Shown here: piece after piece, positions 50,961 through 63,186 of the stretch
Layout: each line of letters starts with the position of its first letter
How positions within the stretch are numbered: the stretch's first letter is position 1
Assembly (NCBI GenBank): GCA_028534125.1
Contig: CM052816.1
Coordinates: 75,952,001 to 76,016,000 of the forward strand
Direction: 5' to 3'
DNA from: Lama glama
Taxonomy: Eukaryota
DNA: 64,000 bases
Translations under genes and position numbers: made by a program
The notes under the pieces: model-generated
The model's input: only the letters and a program-made list of their open reading frames with translations
Told to the model about the DNA's origin: nothing
Databases searched by the model: none

Positions 50961-51573
50961 GGCTGCTTCTAGTTTGATTTTTAACTTTACTAATTCTAAC
51001 CAACTAAAATAGCTTCCTCCTAGTCATCCTAACATGATCTTTTATCATCTATTTTTCGAGGTCTCATCTCCAAGCTCTGCAACTGTCAGGCATCTAGGTA
51101 AGGAGAAGACCCACTCAGACCAGGCAGAGCTAGGAGGGGTTGGCCGAAGCACGCTGAGTACCCTCTTCAGAGCGTTGTTCAGCCCTCAGAGTGGCCTGTC
51201 TGCCTCCTTGAATACCTTAAGTAGGAGCCAGGAGGTCTACAGGCTCATTCTGAGCCCTCGCCGTCTGGGAGGGAAGTCCTGAACTACACTCCTGTATGCT
51301 TAATGACATCTTACATCATATAGTTTGCAAGACACGCCAGTTTCCTTTTTTTTTTTTTTTAAATTCATTGCAAAGAAAAATCAGTGCTGCCCCTCACTGG
51401 ATAGAAACAGGTAGCTAAGGAATATACAAGCCAAGATAATGTCAGTTTGGGGCCTGGTTTTAATCCTCTCTGCCATCTTCCATTCCTGGATGTATTGCTA
51501 GCATGCTGTTCTTATTTGTTCTAAAGAAATAGTTCTAGTTTTCTGAAGATGTCTTTGTTTAGGCTACTTTTCT

Positions 51574-51666
51574 TTTTTTTTAATTAAAATATTTTATTGA
51601 AATACAATTGATTTACAATACTGTGTTAGTTTCAGGTGTACAGCAAAGTGATTCATTTATATATAC
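51574..51666 (-). mobile_element. Terminal ~90 nt of a young L1 3' UTR with poly(A)
   Basis: 'ttttattgaaatacaattgatttacaatactgtgttagtttcaggtgtacagcaaagtgattca'. Confidence 0.88.
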
Positions 51667-51910
51667 TTTTTTTTTCTGGGTAAACAGTTTATTCTAGGAA
51701 GAGCAGCTCATTGAGCGATAAAACTGTGTTAAAATATACATATACATATATGTACTGTTCATTGTTTCTAAGAATAGATTAGAGCTTTAGCTTTTTAAAC
51801 TTATATAATTATCAAAGGAATAAAGCCAACCACAAAATAAGAATCTACAGAATGCAATATATAATCCATTCATAAAGGACAGTCAAATGTGCTTGCACAT
51901 ATTCAAGAAA
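51667..51910 (-). pseudogene. Probable retrocopied 3'-UTR end of an unidentified cellular mRNA
   Basis: Minus-strand AATAAA (51688-51693) lies 12 nt before A9 (51667-51675). The sequence is AU-rich, matches no repeat I recognise, and lies inside a 17-bp TSD. Confidence 0.7.
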
Positions 51911-52223
51911 GTTTAGGCTAATTTTCTGAACTGAAGATTAGAAACAAAGATGTAACCATCCAAAAGGATGCCTTCTGCATATGACTATATAGGAGAGAGA
52001 ATAATTTCAGTATTTTTTCCAATAGAAATAATTTTTGGAGGATTTTCTTGGCTTGTATTACAGAGTTCTTGAGAGAAAATCCAGTTGTTTGTAATACATA
52101 AAACACATATTACAAATATATCGATATAAATAAATATTATTTAAATACATCAACATTTTATGGAGATGGAAGGCCTTCCGAAGAGTTATATTTCTCCATC
52201 TACTAGGGCAGTCCATCTGGTAT

Positions 52224-52320
52224 GTGTGTGTGTGTGTATATATATATATTTTTTTTTTAAATTGAAGTATAGTCAATGTTGGGTTCATTTCTGGTATACA
52301 GAATAGTGATTCAGTTATGC

Positions 52321-52355
<35 letters not shown>

Positions 52356-52559
52356 CTTTTTAATATTCTTTTCCATCACAGGTTATTATAAGATACTGAG
52401 TATAGTTCCCTGTGCTATACAATAGGACCTTCCTGTTTATCAGTTTATACATAGCAGTTAGTGGCTGCAAATCCCGGACTCCTAATCCTAATTCATCCCT
52501 CCGCCTTTTTTTTTTTTTTTGCTGAAATATAGTTAATTTACAGTGCAGCGTTAGTTTCT
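52224..52559 (-). mobile_element. Two head-to-tail young L1 3' fragments within one TSD
   Basis: L1 tails at ~52250-52505 and 52506-52559 (the second with its own T15). CATCTGGTAT repeated at 52214-52223 and 52560-52569. Confidence 0.82.
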
Positions 52560-53121
52560 CATCTGGTATCTGTTGATGAGTTGTGAGGTCAGCAAGGTGA
52601 TAGCCCTACATGTCTTCACCAGCTGAAGGACAATTCCAGGCCCTTCAGCTGCCCTGGGTCTGTTTTGGTTACTTTATTTACTTTTCTTGAAGCTCCAGGC
52701 CCCATCCTGTCTGGGCAGTTGCTCTCTCCGTGTGCCCCGGTGGGTGTTGTTTTCTCCCTCAAAGGCTAGGAGCTGGGAGCCTGTCCACATTTCCTCTAGT
52801 GGTCAGGACTGTTCGCAGCCCACAGGGGCTGTGGCCCACACTGGGCAGCCTGAGCGAGTAGCCTCTGTGGGGCCGGCGCCAGCACTTCCTTGTTCTTTAA
52901 AAAGCCACAAGGGTTGTGGGCTGGCTAGTAAATTTTCTCTGGGCAATGAGACACTTGAAGTTTTCACACACAGAAAGGATCTGACTTAGTGAAAAAACTA
53001 GGCTCTCATACATCGCTTTTCCTTTTCTCTGTTGTGCAGAGATAATGAGAGGGGAACTCTTCATGATGAAGCCGTGACTCAAAATTGAGAAAACTGGGCA
53101 TCAGTCCTGTCCATATTGTTG

Positions 53122-53122
<1 letters not shown>

Positions 53123-53155
<33 letters not shown>
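53123..53155. repeat. (TG)16 microsatellite
   Basis: Perfect dinucleotide run. Confidence 0.97.
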
Positions 53156-53158
<3 letters not shown>

Positions 53159-55153
53159 ACTTTGAACATTCATTTGAGCCTGAACTTTCTGTGGCTTGTC
53201 GAGGTCAAACAAATTCACATCCTTGTGAAAAGCCTTCTGTTGGCTGAAAATGAAGTCTATTACATTATTATGAAGTATTATAAATAGAGATGGTGCAAAT
53301 CACAGAAAAATGCTTTATAGTATGATGGAGAGCTAAACCACTAGAAACTTCTTCAGAGACCTGAAAAACATTTGTGGTAGGACCTTAACTTTGGAGGAAT
53401 TTTGGTGTTTGTTATGGAGTGATTTTCTATGAAGCCTCTTGTTTTCCCTTGTTTCTTCTTGGTAGAATTGATCATTGTAGGGAAATTTCTTGATATTTAT
53501 TTCAGCCCTTAAGTTCCTTTTCTTCAAAAATGTCTCTTCTTCCACTGGTGGACTCTTCTTACTAGCTCACTGTTGAATTATTTCTAGTTAGTATCACTAT
53601 CCTTCAGTGTGGAGACTTTGGAAATCCCCTCTGACATCCTTCCTTGCCAAATAATTCTCTGGTTGCCCACCCACAATATTTTTTTCCTAATCTGGCCAGC
53701 CATCTCTGACTTATTAAAGCACATGCAGCATTTCAGAGTTTGACATAGTAGCAAGCTACACAGATTTGAAAAGAAGCTTTCCAGTGGAGCAGTGGCCACA
53801 AGTTGCCTGGAAGATGAGCAATTAAAGTTCTTTGGATGTGGGAGGAAGGTTCTGGAGAGCTAGGATTTCTTCCCTGGGGTTGAAGTGATTTGAAGGCTAA
53901 TCAGAACCATATTAGCATCACCAGGGAGTTTTATCTCACATCCCTGGTTCTTCAAGATTCATTGACAAGGTGCTTTTAAGAGCTCAGCTCTCAAAGGTAT
54001 CTAAACCTTCTCAGATATAGCCCTACCCTCCCTACTGTTCAAGAATATTTTTGGAATGCTGGTATGTATACATTGATTCTCATTCTTAATTGGAAAATAA
54101 CATCTGGTCCTTGATTCTCATTTTGTGGTTAAGAGAAGGAAACCAATTAATATTTTTTTAACACATGCTAGATGACAGGCAAGAAGTAGGTACTTTATTC
54201 AGGCCACACTGGTGCCAAGGAGAGCAGGAACCAGAATGTCACTGAGATTGTTGAAACCCAGTGGAGAAGAAGCTGGGCTAAGCAGTTAACGGTACGCTTG
54301 GATAAGGCATGGAAGAGACATGGCCAGTTGGACCCTGCTAACTAACAACATCGCTGCGCCACCATCCAGATCAGCACTTTGCCCTTGTTTCTATTGCTCA
54401 GTTTGCCTCTTGCTGTCTCCAAAGCTCTTTCCTGAGCCAGTTTTCCTTTTCATGAATATCCCACTCCCGCTTTCTCCAGGATCCTGGCTTCTGTATCTGT
54501 CTTTCTGATAATATTTCTGATTGTTCATTTTCTTTAGAATTTACATTTGCAAGTTAGGTTAGATTGAGGGTTAAGAGGCAAATACTGCTCTTGATTCTCT
54601 TTTGGCTTCTTGTGGTCTCTATTTCCCACCATCCCAAACCACCCCCTCAGTACTGGACTTTGACCCCAAGTCCCACAAAAGCTTTGCTGTCTGCTGGTAC
54701 CCAAGAATATAAGCTTTATTTTAAATTTAAAGAAAAGATCGGAAATAAACCTTTTTTTTTTTTAAAAATTATATCAAACATTCAAAACATTTGGAAACAT
54801 TAAAAATTAATTCTTAATTCAAAATAATGACATTCATAGAATACATCCTGGTGTTGGCCAATATGAAGTTTATTTAAATCTAATATTTTATGTATGCTTC
54901 ACAATGAATCCTTCCTGAAACTCAATGATTATAATGACTTACCTTTATAAGATTAAGCAAGTCCTCTATGTAATACTCCAGATAACTTTTTCTAATATAA
55001 AACATTTATGCCAACAAGGAAATTATAAAGATATATGTCATACTGAAAGCTTGATTAAAAGGCTGTCTATGTATAGAAACAAGGCAGCTTTGCTGTCTGC
55101 TGACAAGGCCTAAGATGATAGATCTGACAATGGTGTTTGCCTTCTAACCAGTG

Positions 55154-55187
55154 ACCTTTGAACACCCCACGTGGGAGGTTCAAAGGT
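55154..55187. promoter_or_regulatory. 34-bp near-palindrome: inverted TCF/LEF- or DR1-like arms around an E-box (candidate enhancer core)
   Basis: ACCTTTGAAC-AC-CCCACGTGGG-AG-GTTCAAAGGT; 15 of 17 symmetric positions pair. Function is inferred, not shown. Confidence 0.45.
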
Positions 55188-56663
55188 TGATGCTTTGCCA
55201 GTGTACTGTCCTATCATATTTTAAAATTGCATTTCCTTGAATTATGGAAAAGTGAAAAAAAAATTTCTTTTGCTTGTGGAAATGCTATCCCTGTGACCAG
55301 TAGCCACATGGGATAACTCATGATGAAATGCAGGAGATAACTTATTATAAAATGCAGAGGTTAATCAGAATAAACCTGATCCAAGAATGTAAACATAGTG
55401 TAGCCTGCCTCGGTCCAGCCTACTAGATTCTTTTCGAAGTCAACATCAGTGACAGCTTTTTGGCTCTTAGAACTTGATGTCTGGACCTGGGGAAGGACAA
55501 ACAGAATAGTTACTGGTTTGTTTTTTTCTAAAGTTCAGGTATGAAGCTAGAATTAAATACATCTCCTTGTCATTGCACCATGCTTAACCTTAAGTTCCAT
55601 ATTATTAAAAAAAAATTAACCTTTTATTCTACCCACTTCCAAAAAGAATTTGAAGTAGAATACAAAAGTTTCCATGCAAAGTCTCATGTTGACCCTGGTA
55701 TCCTCAAATCTTCCTTGTAGGGAAAGGCGGGTTATGCCCCAGTTTCTTTTTCTAACAGCATCTTACCTAAGGAATATTGAAAAGTTTGGCACTTTCTTCT
55801 TACATGGGATTAGGTCAAACCCTAGCAACTCTATCCAAGTGGGAAAACCAGATATCCTCAGTAACGATACACATATGTACACATGTTTCCAGTCTTCACA
55901 AGTGTGAACTCTTCTGTTTTGTTTCTCCAGCACCACAGAACCATGTAGATAATGGTTTCTGTGACAGTTCCTGGCCCTCTTGTCCTTTCCAGCTCTTTGC
56001 TTATGAACAGATGGGATGGACGTTAGTGTTAGTGTCCATATCCATCTGTGGTGTCATATGTTTTGTGTTTGGGTTTAGTATATTAAGTTCATTAATTTTT
56101 ATTGGCTACTTTCAAATCCTTGAAATTTTAATCCTTGAAAGGCCCTTTGATCTAGCCTTTGACTGACAGGCACTTCAGTGGCTTCAGACACGCTAAGGAA
56201 GTTACCCTCAGTGTCCTGCCAGGAGCTGTTCTCCCCACGTGCCACGCTGTCCAGGGCCTCTGAAACATTGGACTCTTATTATTAACCTTCCTTTTGGGCA
56301 ATAGAAGACTTAGGTTGCAAATCTAAGCTAAAATGTACACTTTGAGAACGTTATGCATACCCAGACCTGTGAATTTCCATTATCATTGTACCGATCTACC
56401 ATGTGGCAGCTTAACCTCTTGCTTTGCATAAATCGCAGTTTGGAGCATTTAAGGTAAGTGGTCAACTTAGCAGTACATTCTCTTCTCCTGACATGCTTTC
56501 TCCTTTGCCTACAAAATTCCTGATTTCCCTGTGACAATTCACCTGTCTTACTCTTGCAAGAAAGTAAAACCATGTCTTACCTTTAAATACCTGAAGATCA
56601 AAACCATCTCTATTTTTGTTTAGCTAAAGCCTCCTCTTTTTTTTTCTGTTTCTGTTTCTTTTG

Positions 56664-56664
56664 T

Positions 56665-56712
<48 letters not shown>

Positions 56713-56715
56713 TTT
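56664..56715. repeat. (TTTC)n microsatellite
   Basis: About 12 perfect units within a longer T-rich tract. Confidence 0.95.
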
Positions 56716-57429
56716 AACATTTTCCCCTTTAAGTACAACTTCTTAACCTTTTCTTCACCACTCACTTTAAAGATCTCGATATGTTCTTCAAAGAAGAAAT
56801 TTGGGCAGAATTTCAAATTCCTGCCACCTTGCCAAAACAGTAGTAAGATTGAAAATGTGAGTTGCCTTTCTCTGTCCCTGTTGTTTACTGACCCATAGAA
56901 CTGTCCTTCTGTGTCTTGTACTCCTTTGACCCTCAACTCTAGAACAAAGTCGCCTTTGGATTTCGTCAGTTTCCCAAATATTGCAGAATGTGACTTCAGG
57001 TTCAGGGTCTTTGCTCTCCCTGGGGAAATAAATTGAATAAAAGCATTTCACCTCAGGAGTCAGCTAGAATTGTCAGCTCTGTGAATGTAAATTCACCTCT
57101 TCAGTTCTGTAATGTGATTGCTCTAGCAAACATAAAAACAAAAACAAGGAACAGCTCCATTGCCTTATTCTAATAGAATACTAGTGTGGAATCTACTCTG
57201 ATTTCTGCACAGGCAGCACTGAATTTGGAAGCCAATCTCTCTTATTAGTTTTTCAATACTCAATATAAGTAATTTTAATCTCAAGAATAAAAAATAAAGC
57301 TGTATGTGTATAATGCCACTTGTATGTTATTATCTGTAATGTATACATATAAATCATGAATATATATATAAAATTGTGGGCCCCACATCATTTAAAAAAA
57401 CTGGTTCTGCCCATGAAATTATTATCATT

Positions 57430-57875
57430 ATCATCCTTATTAAATATTTGTGAAACATCTACCATATCATAGTGATAGGTATTTAGGCACGATGGGGAAT
57501 GAAAAGAAATATATAAATATGATGTGTGACCTCAGGGGCTTTGGATTTGAGTTGTGCAGACAGATCCATTATTTATCAAGAGGCGAATGGCTATCTACAC
57601 AGGACACTATGAGGATCAAAGGTATGGCAGAGACTGTACGTGCTACTGGCATTCAAGCCACCCTGACAGAGGTTGATGCCCTGAGTGGGACTTGCCAGGA
57701 AGCTAGTGTTAACTTCTCTAAAATGGAATGATTGAAGAGTGCATCATGTGGTGACCAAAGAGAGTCCTGGAGCACAGAGATCTGAGCCAGGTGCACAGAT
57801 GGGGAGATGACTGCCTGAGATGTTCTCTTCTTTCCAGAGAAGCAAGAAAGAGAAGATGGATGATGTAGACAGTAG
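57430..57875 (-). mobile_element. L2 fragment, followed by a MIR fragment (~57890-57975)
   Basis: 'taaatatttgtgaaacatctacc...taggcacgatggggaat'. MIR: 'tgtgtgacctcaggtaagtcacttcgcatctcggaatctcaagtgttacatttgtaaaatgaggg'. Confidence 0.65.
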
Positions 57876-59112
57876 CCTTGGAAGACGATTTCTGGTCTTG
57901 GCAATGAGTTGTGTGACCTCAGGTAAGTCACTTCGCATCTCGGAATCTCAAGTGTTACATTTGTAAAATGAGGGCTGCTTCACTCTTTGAAACAGGGTCA
58001 AGTTTTGAAATGAAAGGTTAGCGGGAAATGTCTAAGCCGTTCATTTATGGGACAGGAATTATACAGATTGCTTCCTGTTTCGTAATAAAACCATTAAAAG
58101 ATTGTCATTCTAAGGTAGTGTCTATAGTCATGATTGGAGGATAAGCTTGGTAAAAGGCCACAACATGTGTGCTGAGAAATGTGGTGAGATGGAGTGCATG
58201 AAACCAGGTAAAGATGAATAACAATAGGTCTTAGGTAGTTGGGGAAATGTTTGAGAGCTTCATCTGTGACCTGACAAAATCTACAGTTTAAATTTATGAT
58301 TTAGTTATTTTCTGAATGTGCAAAGCTCACATTCTTATTAAGGTACAGTGAATTCCTCTGACTGTAGCTTTTAGGCTAAGCAATGTCATGGGTTTTAAAT
58401 TACACAAGAGATTTGAATGTGTTAGGTTTCAGTAATGACTGCTCTGAGAGCTCCACTAAACATCCCTGATTTCCCTGGTAGTCAGCTCGACTCTAATTCA
58501 AAACAGGCTGCAGTGAGTGAAGCTTGAAGAAAATAGAAATAGACCACAATGGTCACAGCAGAAGTAAAAGGAGGCAGTGCACTTCCACAGCAGGTTTCAG
58601 ATTTACGGGAGATTAGGAGTGATCTGAAAATATACCTGAGAAGAAATGGGTATGTGAGAAGAGCTGTGGAAGAAAACAAGTATGAATCATGACCATAAAT
58701 GAACTTAGCAGGAGCCTAAAAATGTGATACATCAAACTCAAGGACTTCAGTTCTCCTTTAAAGGTAAAGGGAAATACAACAAGGATCATGGTGCTGGGAA
58801 TACTATGACCAGATCATCAGTTCTCCCCTTCAGTTCACATGAAAGAGTTTGCCCTGCTCCCCACCTCTATCCCACCCCAATACACACATATTCTAGGTAA
58901 ACTCAGTGGATTTTTTTGTTGTTTTGTTTTCTATTATGGAAGTCAATTGTCCCAGGCCAAGAAAATAAACTACCGTGGAACTTTTAAATGCCCCAAAAGG
59001 GAAACAAATATGAAGTTAGGTTTAAACTCCTTATTAATTGGGGAATCCCAGTAAAAACAAGGTTGAGCTTGTCCTTTTTCCCATCAGACTGGGGAAGAAG
59101 AATCATGTATCA

Positions 59113-59650
59113 GATTGCTCATGTCCCCTGCCCATGTCCCCTTAGCTGACCTCAGAGTTTGCCTACAGACACTTCATAACATGCCAGCATCTTCCTGTGT
59201 CTTTCAGAAGGTGGTCTCCGGACACAGCAGCATGCCTTGCCCCTGCATAGGTTAGATGCAAAGTAATTGAAAACCAGTGATTAGAGTGATCCTCAGTCAC
59301 TGAGGTTGGTGGATGAATACTCCACTTCCTTGCCTTTCTTTGAGATCATTCCAAGTTATGTTCCGTATAGCCTCTCTGAAACCCTCCAGAATGATTGAGA
59401 CCCAGTTGTTCATAGAGTAGGGTGATCAACTCACCCCAGGTTTCTTGGAACCATATTAGTTTTAGCATAGAAAGTCGTGTCCTGAGAACTCCCATAATCC
59501 TACATAAACTGGGATAGTTGACCACTCTACCTTACAGGTAACTAGCTAGTCAGTGCACTCTTTATTGGTTTTTCTCCCTTCCCCTCATTCCCTTACAGTG
59601 ATTGCTGGGACCTTCTTCTAAGTAAACTAATTCAGCTTGGAATTATGTTT
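59113..59650 (+). mobile_element. ERVL LTR (LTR16-like), interrupted by MER81
   Basis: 'ggtggatgaatactccacttccttgcc', 'gattgagacccagttg', 'ctctttattggtttttctcccttccc' and 'aagtaaacta'. Confidence 0.75.
59418..59529. mobile_element. MER81 MITE nested in the LTR16-like element
   Basis: Termini 'tagggtgatcaact' and 'agttgaccactcta'; 112 bp. Confidence 0.8.
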
Positions 59651-59794
59651 TTTTTCCCCCCAAATATCTTTCATCTGTACTAGATTCCAAGTTGTTAGGG
59701 TAGGAGCCCTATTTCACACAATATTATCTGTCCATATTATCTGTCCACAGCATCTAACACAGTGTATGAAGCATGGTTCGTATTTAGTAAAGAA

Positions 59795-61273
59795 TAGCCG
59801 TATGAGAGTGGGCGTACTTGTCTTGTTCCTGATCTTAGAGGAAATGCTTTCAACTTTTCCCCATTAAATATGATGTTAGCTGTGGGTTTGTCATGTATGG
59901 CCTTTATTATATTGAGGTATGTTCTGTCTATGCCGACTTTCTGGAGAGTTTTTATCATAAATGGATGTTGGATTTTATCAAAAGCTTTTTCTGCATCTGT
60001 TGAGTTGATCATATGGTTTTCATTCTTCAGTTTGTTAATGTGGTGTATCACATTGATTGATTTGCAGATATTGAAAAATGTTTGCATCCCTGGGATAAAT
60101 CCCACTTGATCATGGTGTGTGACTCTTTTAATGCATTGTTGGGGTCAATTTGCTAGTACTTTGTTGAGGATTTTTGCATCTATATTCATAAATATTGGCC
60201 TGTAATTTTCTTTTTTGGTGATATCTTTGTCTGGTTTTGGTATCAGGGTGATGATGGCTTCATAGAATGAGTTTGCAAGTGTTCCTTCCTCTGCAATTTT
60301 TTGGAATAGTTTTAGAAGGATAGGTTTTTAACTCTTCTCTAAATGTTTGGTAGAATTCACTTTTGAAGCCATCTCGTCTTGGACTTTTGTTTTTTGGGAA
60401 TTTTTAAATTACTGATTCAATTTCAGTACTGATAATTGGTCTATTCGTATTGTCTATTTCTTCTTGCTTCCGTCTTGGCAAATTGTATCTTTGTAAGAAA
60501 TCGTCCATTTTTTTCTACGTTGTCTTTTTGTTGTTGTATAGTTGCTCAGAGTAGCCTCTTATGATCCCTTGTATTTTTGTGGCATCGGTTCTAACTTCTT
60601 TTTCATTTCTGATTTTATTAATTTTGGCACTCTCCTTTTTTTTTTCTTGATGAGTCTGACTAAAGGTTTATCAGTTTTGTTTATCTTTTCGAAGAACCAA
60701 CTTTTAGTTTCATTACTCTTTTCTGTTGTTTTTTAGTCTCTGTTTCATTTATTTCTACTCTAATCTTCATGATTTCTTTTCTTCTACTAACGTTGGGTTT
60801 TGTTTGTTCTTCTTTCTCTAGCTACTTTAGGTGTAAGATTCGGTTGTTTTTTTGATATTTTTCTTATTTTCTGAGGTAGGCTTGTATTGCTTTAAACTTC
60901 CCTCTAAAAATTGCTTTTGCTGCATCCCAGAGATTTTGGATTGTTGTGTTTTCATTTTCATTTGTCTCAAAGTATTTTTTGATTTCCTTTTTGATTCCTT
61001 TAGTGATCCATTGGTTGTTTAATAGCATATTGTTTAACCTCCATGCGTTTGCAGTTTTTCTGTTTTTTTTTTTTCCTTGTACTTGAAAACCTTACAGCAT
61101 TGTGGTGGAAAAGATGCTTGGTACAGTTTCAGTTTTCTTAAGTTTACTGAGGCTAGCTTTGTGGGCCAGCATGTGGTCGATTCTGGAGAATGTTCCAGGT
61201 GCACTTGAGAAGAATGTGTATTCTGTTGCTTTTGGATGGAATGCCCTATAGATATCAATTAAGTCCATCTGGT
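59795..61273 (-). mobile_element. Young L1 ORF2 segment (endonuclease end to mid-RT); inverted arm
   Basis: ORF 59737-60105 '[26 protein letters not shown]...[18 protein letters not shown]...[10 protein letters not shown]'. Confidence 0.96.
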
Positions 61274-61275
61274 GC

Positions 61276-63044
61276 TTAATATACCGAAATTTTTTTATAT
61301 ACTAACAGCATTTTTATATACTAACAATGAAGTAGCAGAAAAAATAAATTAAGGAAACAATACCATTTACCATCATGCCAAAAAGAATAAAATACCTAGG
61401 AATAAACCTACCCAAGGAGGCAAAAGACCTGTACTCTGAAAACTATAAGACACTGATGAAAAAAATTGATGATGACATAAACAAATGGAAAGATATACTG
61501 TGTTCTTGGATTAGGAAAGGTCAATATTGTTAAAATGGCCATACTATCCAAGGCAATATACAGATTAAGTGCAATCCCTATCAAATTAGCAATGACATTT
61601 TTTCACAGAGCTGGAACAAAAAATGTTAATATTTGTATGGAAACACAAAAGACCCCTAATAGCCAAAACAATCTTGAAAAAGAACTGAGCTGGGGAAATC
61701 ACATTCCCTGACTTCAGACTATACTACAAAGCTACAATAATAAAAACAGTATGGTATGGAACAAAAACAGACACATAGATTGATGGAACAGGCTAAGGAG
61801 TCGAAAAATACACCCATGCACTTATGGTCAATTAATCTGCAACAAAGGGGGCAAGAATATACAATGGAGAAAATATAGTCTCTTCAATAAGTGGTACTGG
61901 GAAAACTGGACAGCTAGCTACCTGTAAAAGACTGAAATTAGAACATTCTCTAACACCATATACAAAAATAAACTCAAAATGGATTAAAGACTTAAGTGTA
62001 AGACCAGATACTGTAAAACTCCTAGACAAAAACAGGCAGACCACTCTTGGATGTAAATCACAGCAATACTTTTTTTGAACCAGCTCCTGGAGTAATGGAA
62101 ATAAAAGCAAAAATAAACAAATGGGATCTAATTAAACTTAAAAGCATTTACACAGCTAAGGATACCATCAACAAAATGAAAAGACAACCTACAGCATGGG
62201 AGAAAATATTTGCAAATGATGTAACTGACAAGGGAATAAATTCCAAAATATACAAATAGTTCATACACCTTAATATAAAAAAAAAAATTCAACCCAGTGA
62301 AAAAAATGGGCAGAAGACCTAAACAGACATCTCTCCAAAGAAAATAGACAGATAGCCAACAAGCACATGAAAAGATGCTCAACATCACTAATTGTTAGAG
62401 AAATGCAAATCAAAGCTACAATGAGATATCACTTCACACCAGCCTGAATGGCCATCATTAAAAAGTCTACAAACGATAAATGCGGAAGAGTGTGTGGAGA
62501 AAAGGAACCTTCCTACACTGTTGGTGGGAATGTAGATTGGTGCAGCCACTATGGAGGACAGTATGGAGTTTCCTTAAAAATCTAAAAAATAGACTTATCA
62601 AATGATCCAGCAATCCCACTACTGGGCATATACCTGGAGAAAAATATAATTCAAAAAGACACATGCACCCCAATGTTCATAGCAGCACTATTTACAAAAG
62701 CTGAGTCATGGAAACAACCCAAATGTCTATTAACAGATGACTGGATAAATAAGAGAGATATATATATCTATATGTAATGGGATACTACTCAGACATAAAG
62801 AAGAATAAAACAATGCCATTTACAGCAACATGGATGAACCTGGAGATTGTCATTCTAAGAGAAGTAAACCAGAAAGAGAAAGAAAAATGCCATATGATAT
62901 AGTTTATATGTGGAATCTAAATAAAAGGACATAAATGAACTTACCTACAAAACAGAAACAGACCCACAGACATAGAGAACAAACTTATGGTTACCAGGGG
63001 GTAAAGAGGGTGGGAAGGGATAAATTGGGAATTTGAAAATTGCT
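61276..63044 (+). mobile_element. Young L1 ORF2 3' half plus partial 3' UTR; forward arm
   Basis: ORF 62047-62259 'MEIKAKINKWDLIKLKSIYTAKDTINKMKRQPTAWEKIFAND'. The frame is disrupted. Confidence 0.96.
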
Positions 63045-63186
63045 TGTGAAGTGATGGAAATGTTAGTTATCTTGATTGTAGTAGTAGTTTAATTGGTGTA
63101 TACATCTATTAAAATTCATCAAACGACATTTGAAATATGTGTAGTTTACTGTACAGGAACCATACCACAATAAAAGTGTTAAAAAA
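63045..63186 (+). mobile_element. Old L1MB/MC-type 3' terminus
   Basis: 'gtgatggaaatgttagttatcttgattgtagtagtagttt...ggtgtatacat...aaatatgtgtagtttactgta...caataaaa'. Confidence 0.7.

Noticed and set aside
53333..53799. Two adjacent minus-strand ORFs (70 and 71 aa) considered as a processed pseudogene
   Set aside because: No protein I recognise in any frame, several stops between them, and no poly(A) or TSD.
56571..56600. Minus-strand 10-nt microexon-like pattern cag|GTATTTAAAG|gtaaga
   Set aside because: Short pyrimidine tract, not frame-preserving, and opposite to the inferred host strand.
56610..56936. 108-aa Lys/Glu/Arg-rich ORF
   Set aside because: Translation of the (GAAA)n microsatellite.
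59737..63044. Active reverse transcriptase gene or novel RT system
   Set aside because: Ordinary L1 ORF2 with stops, frameshifts, an inversion and a missing FADD segment.
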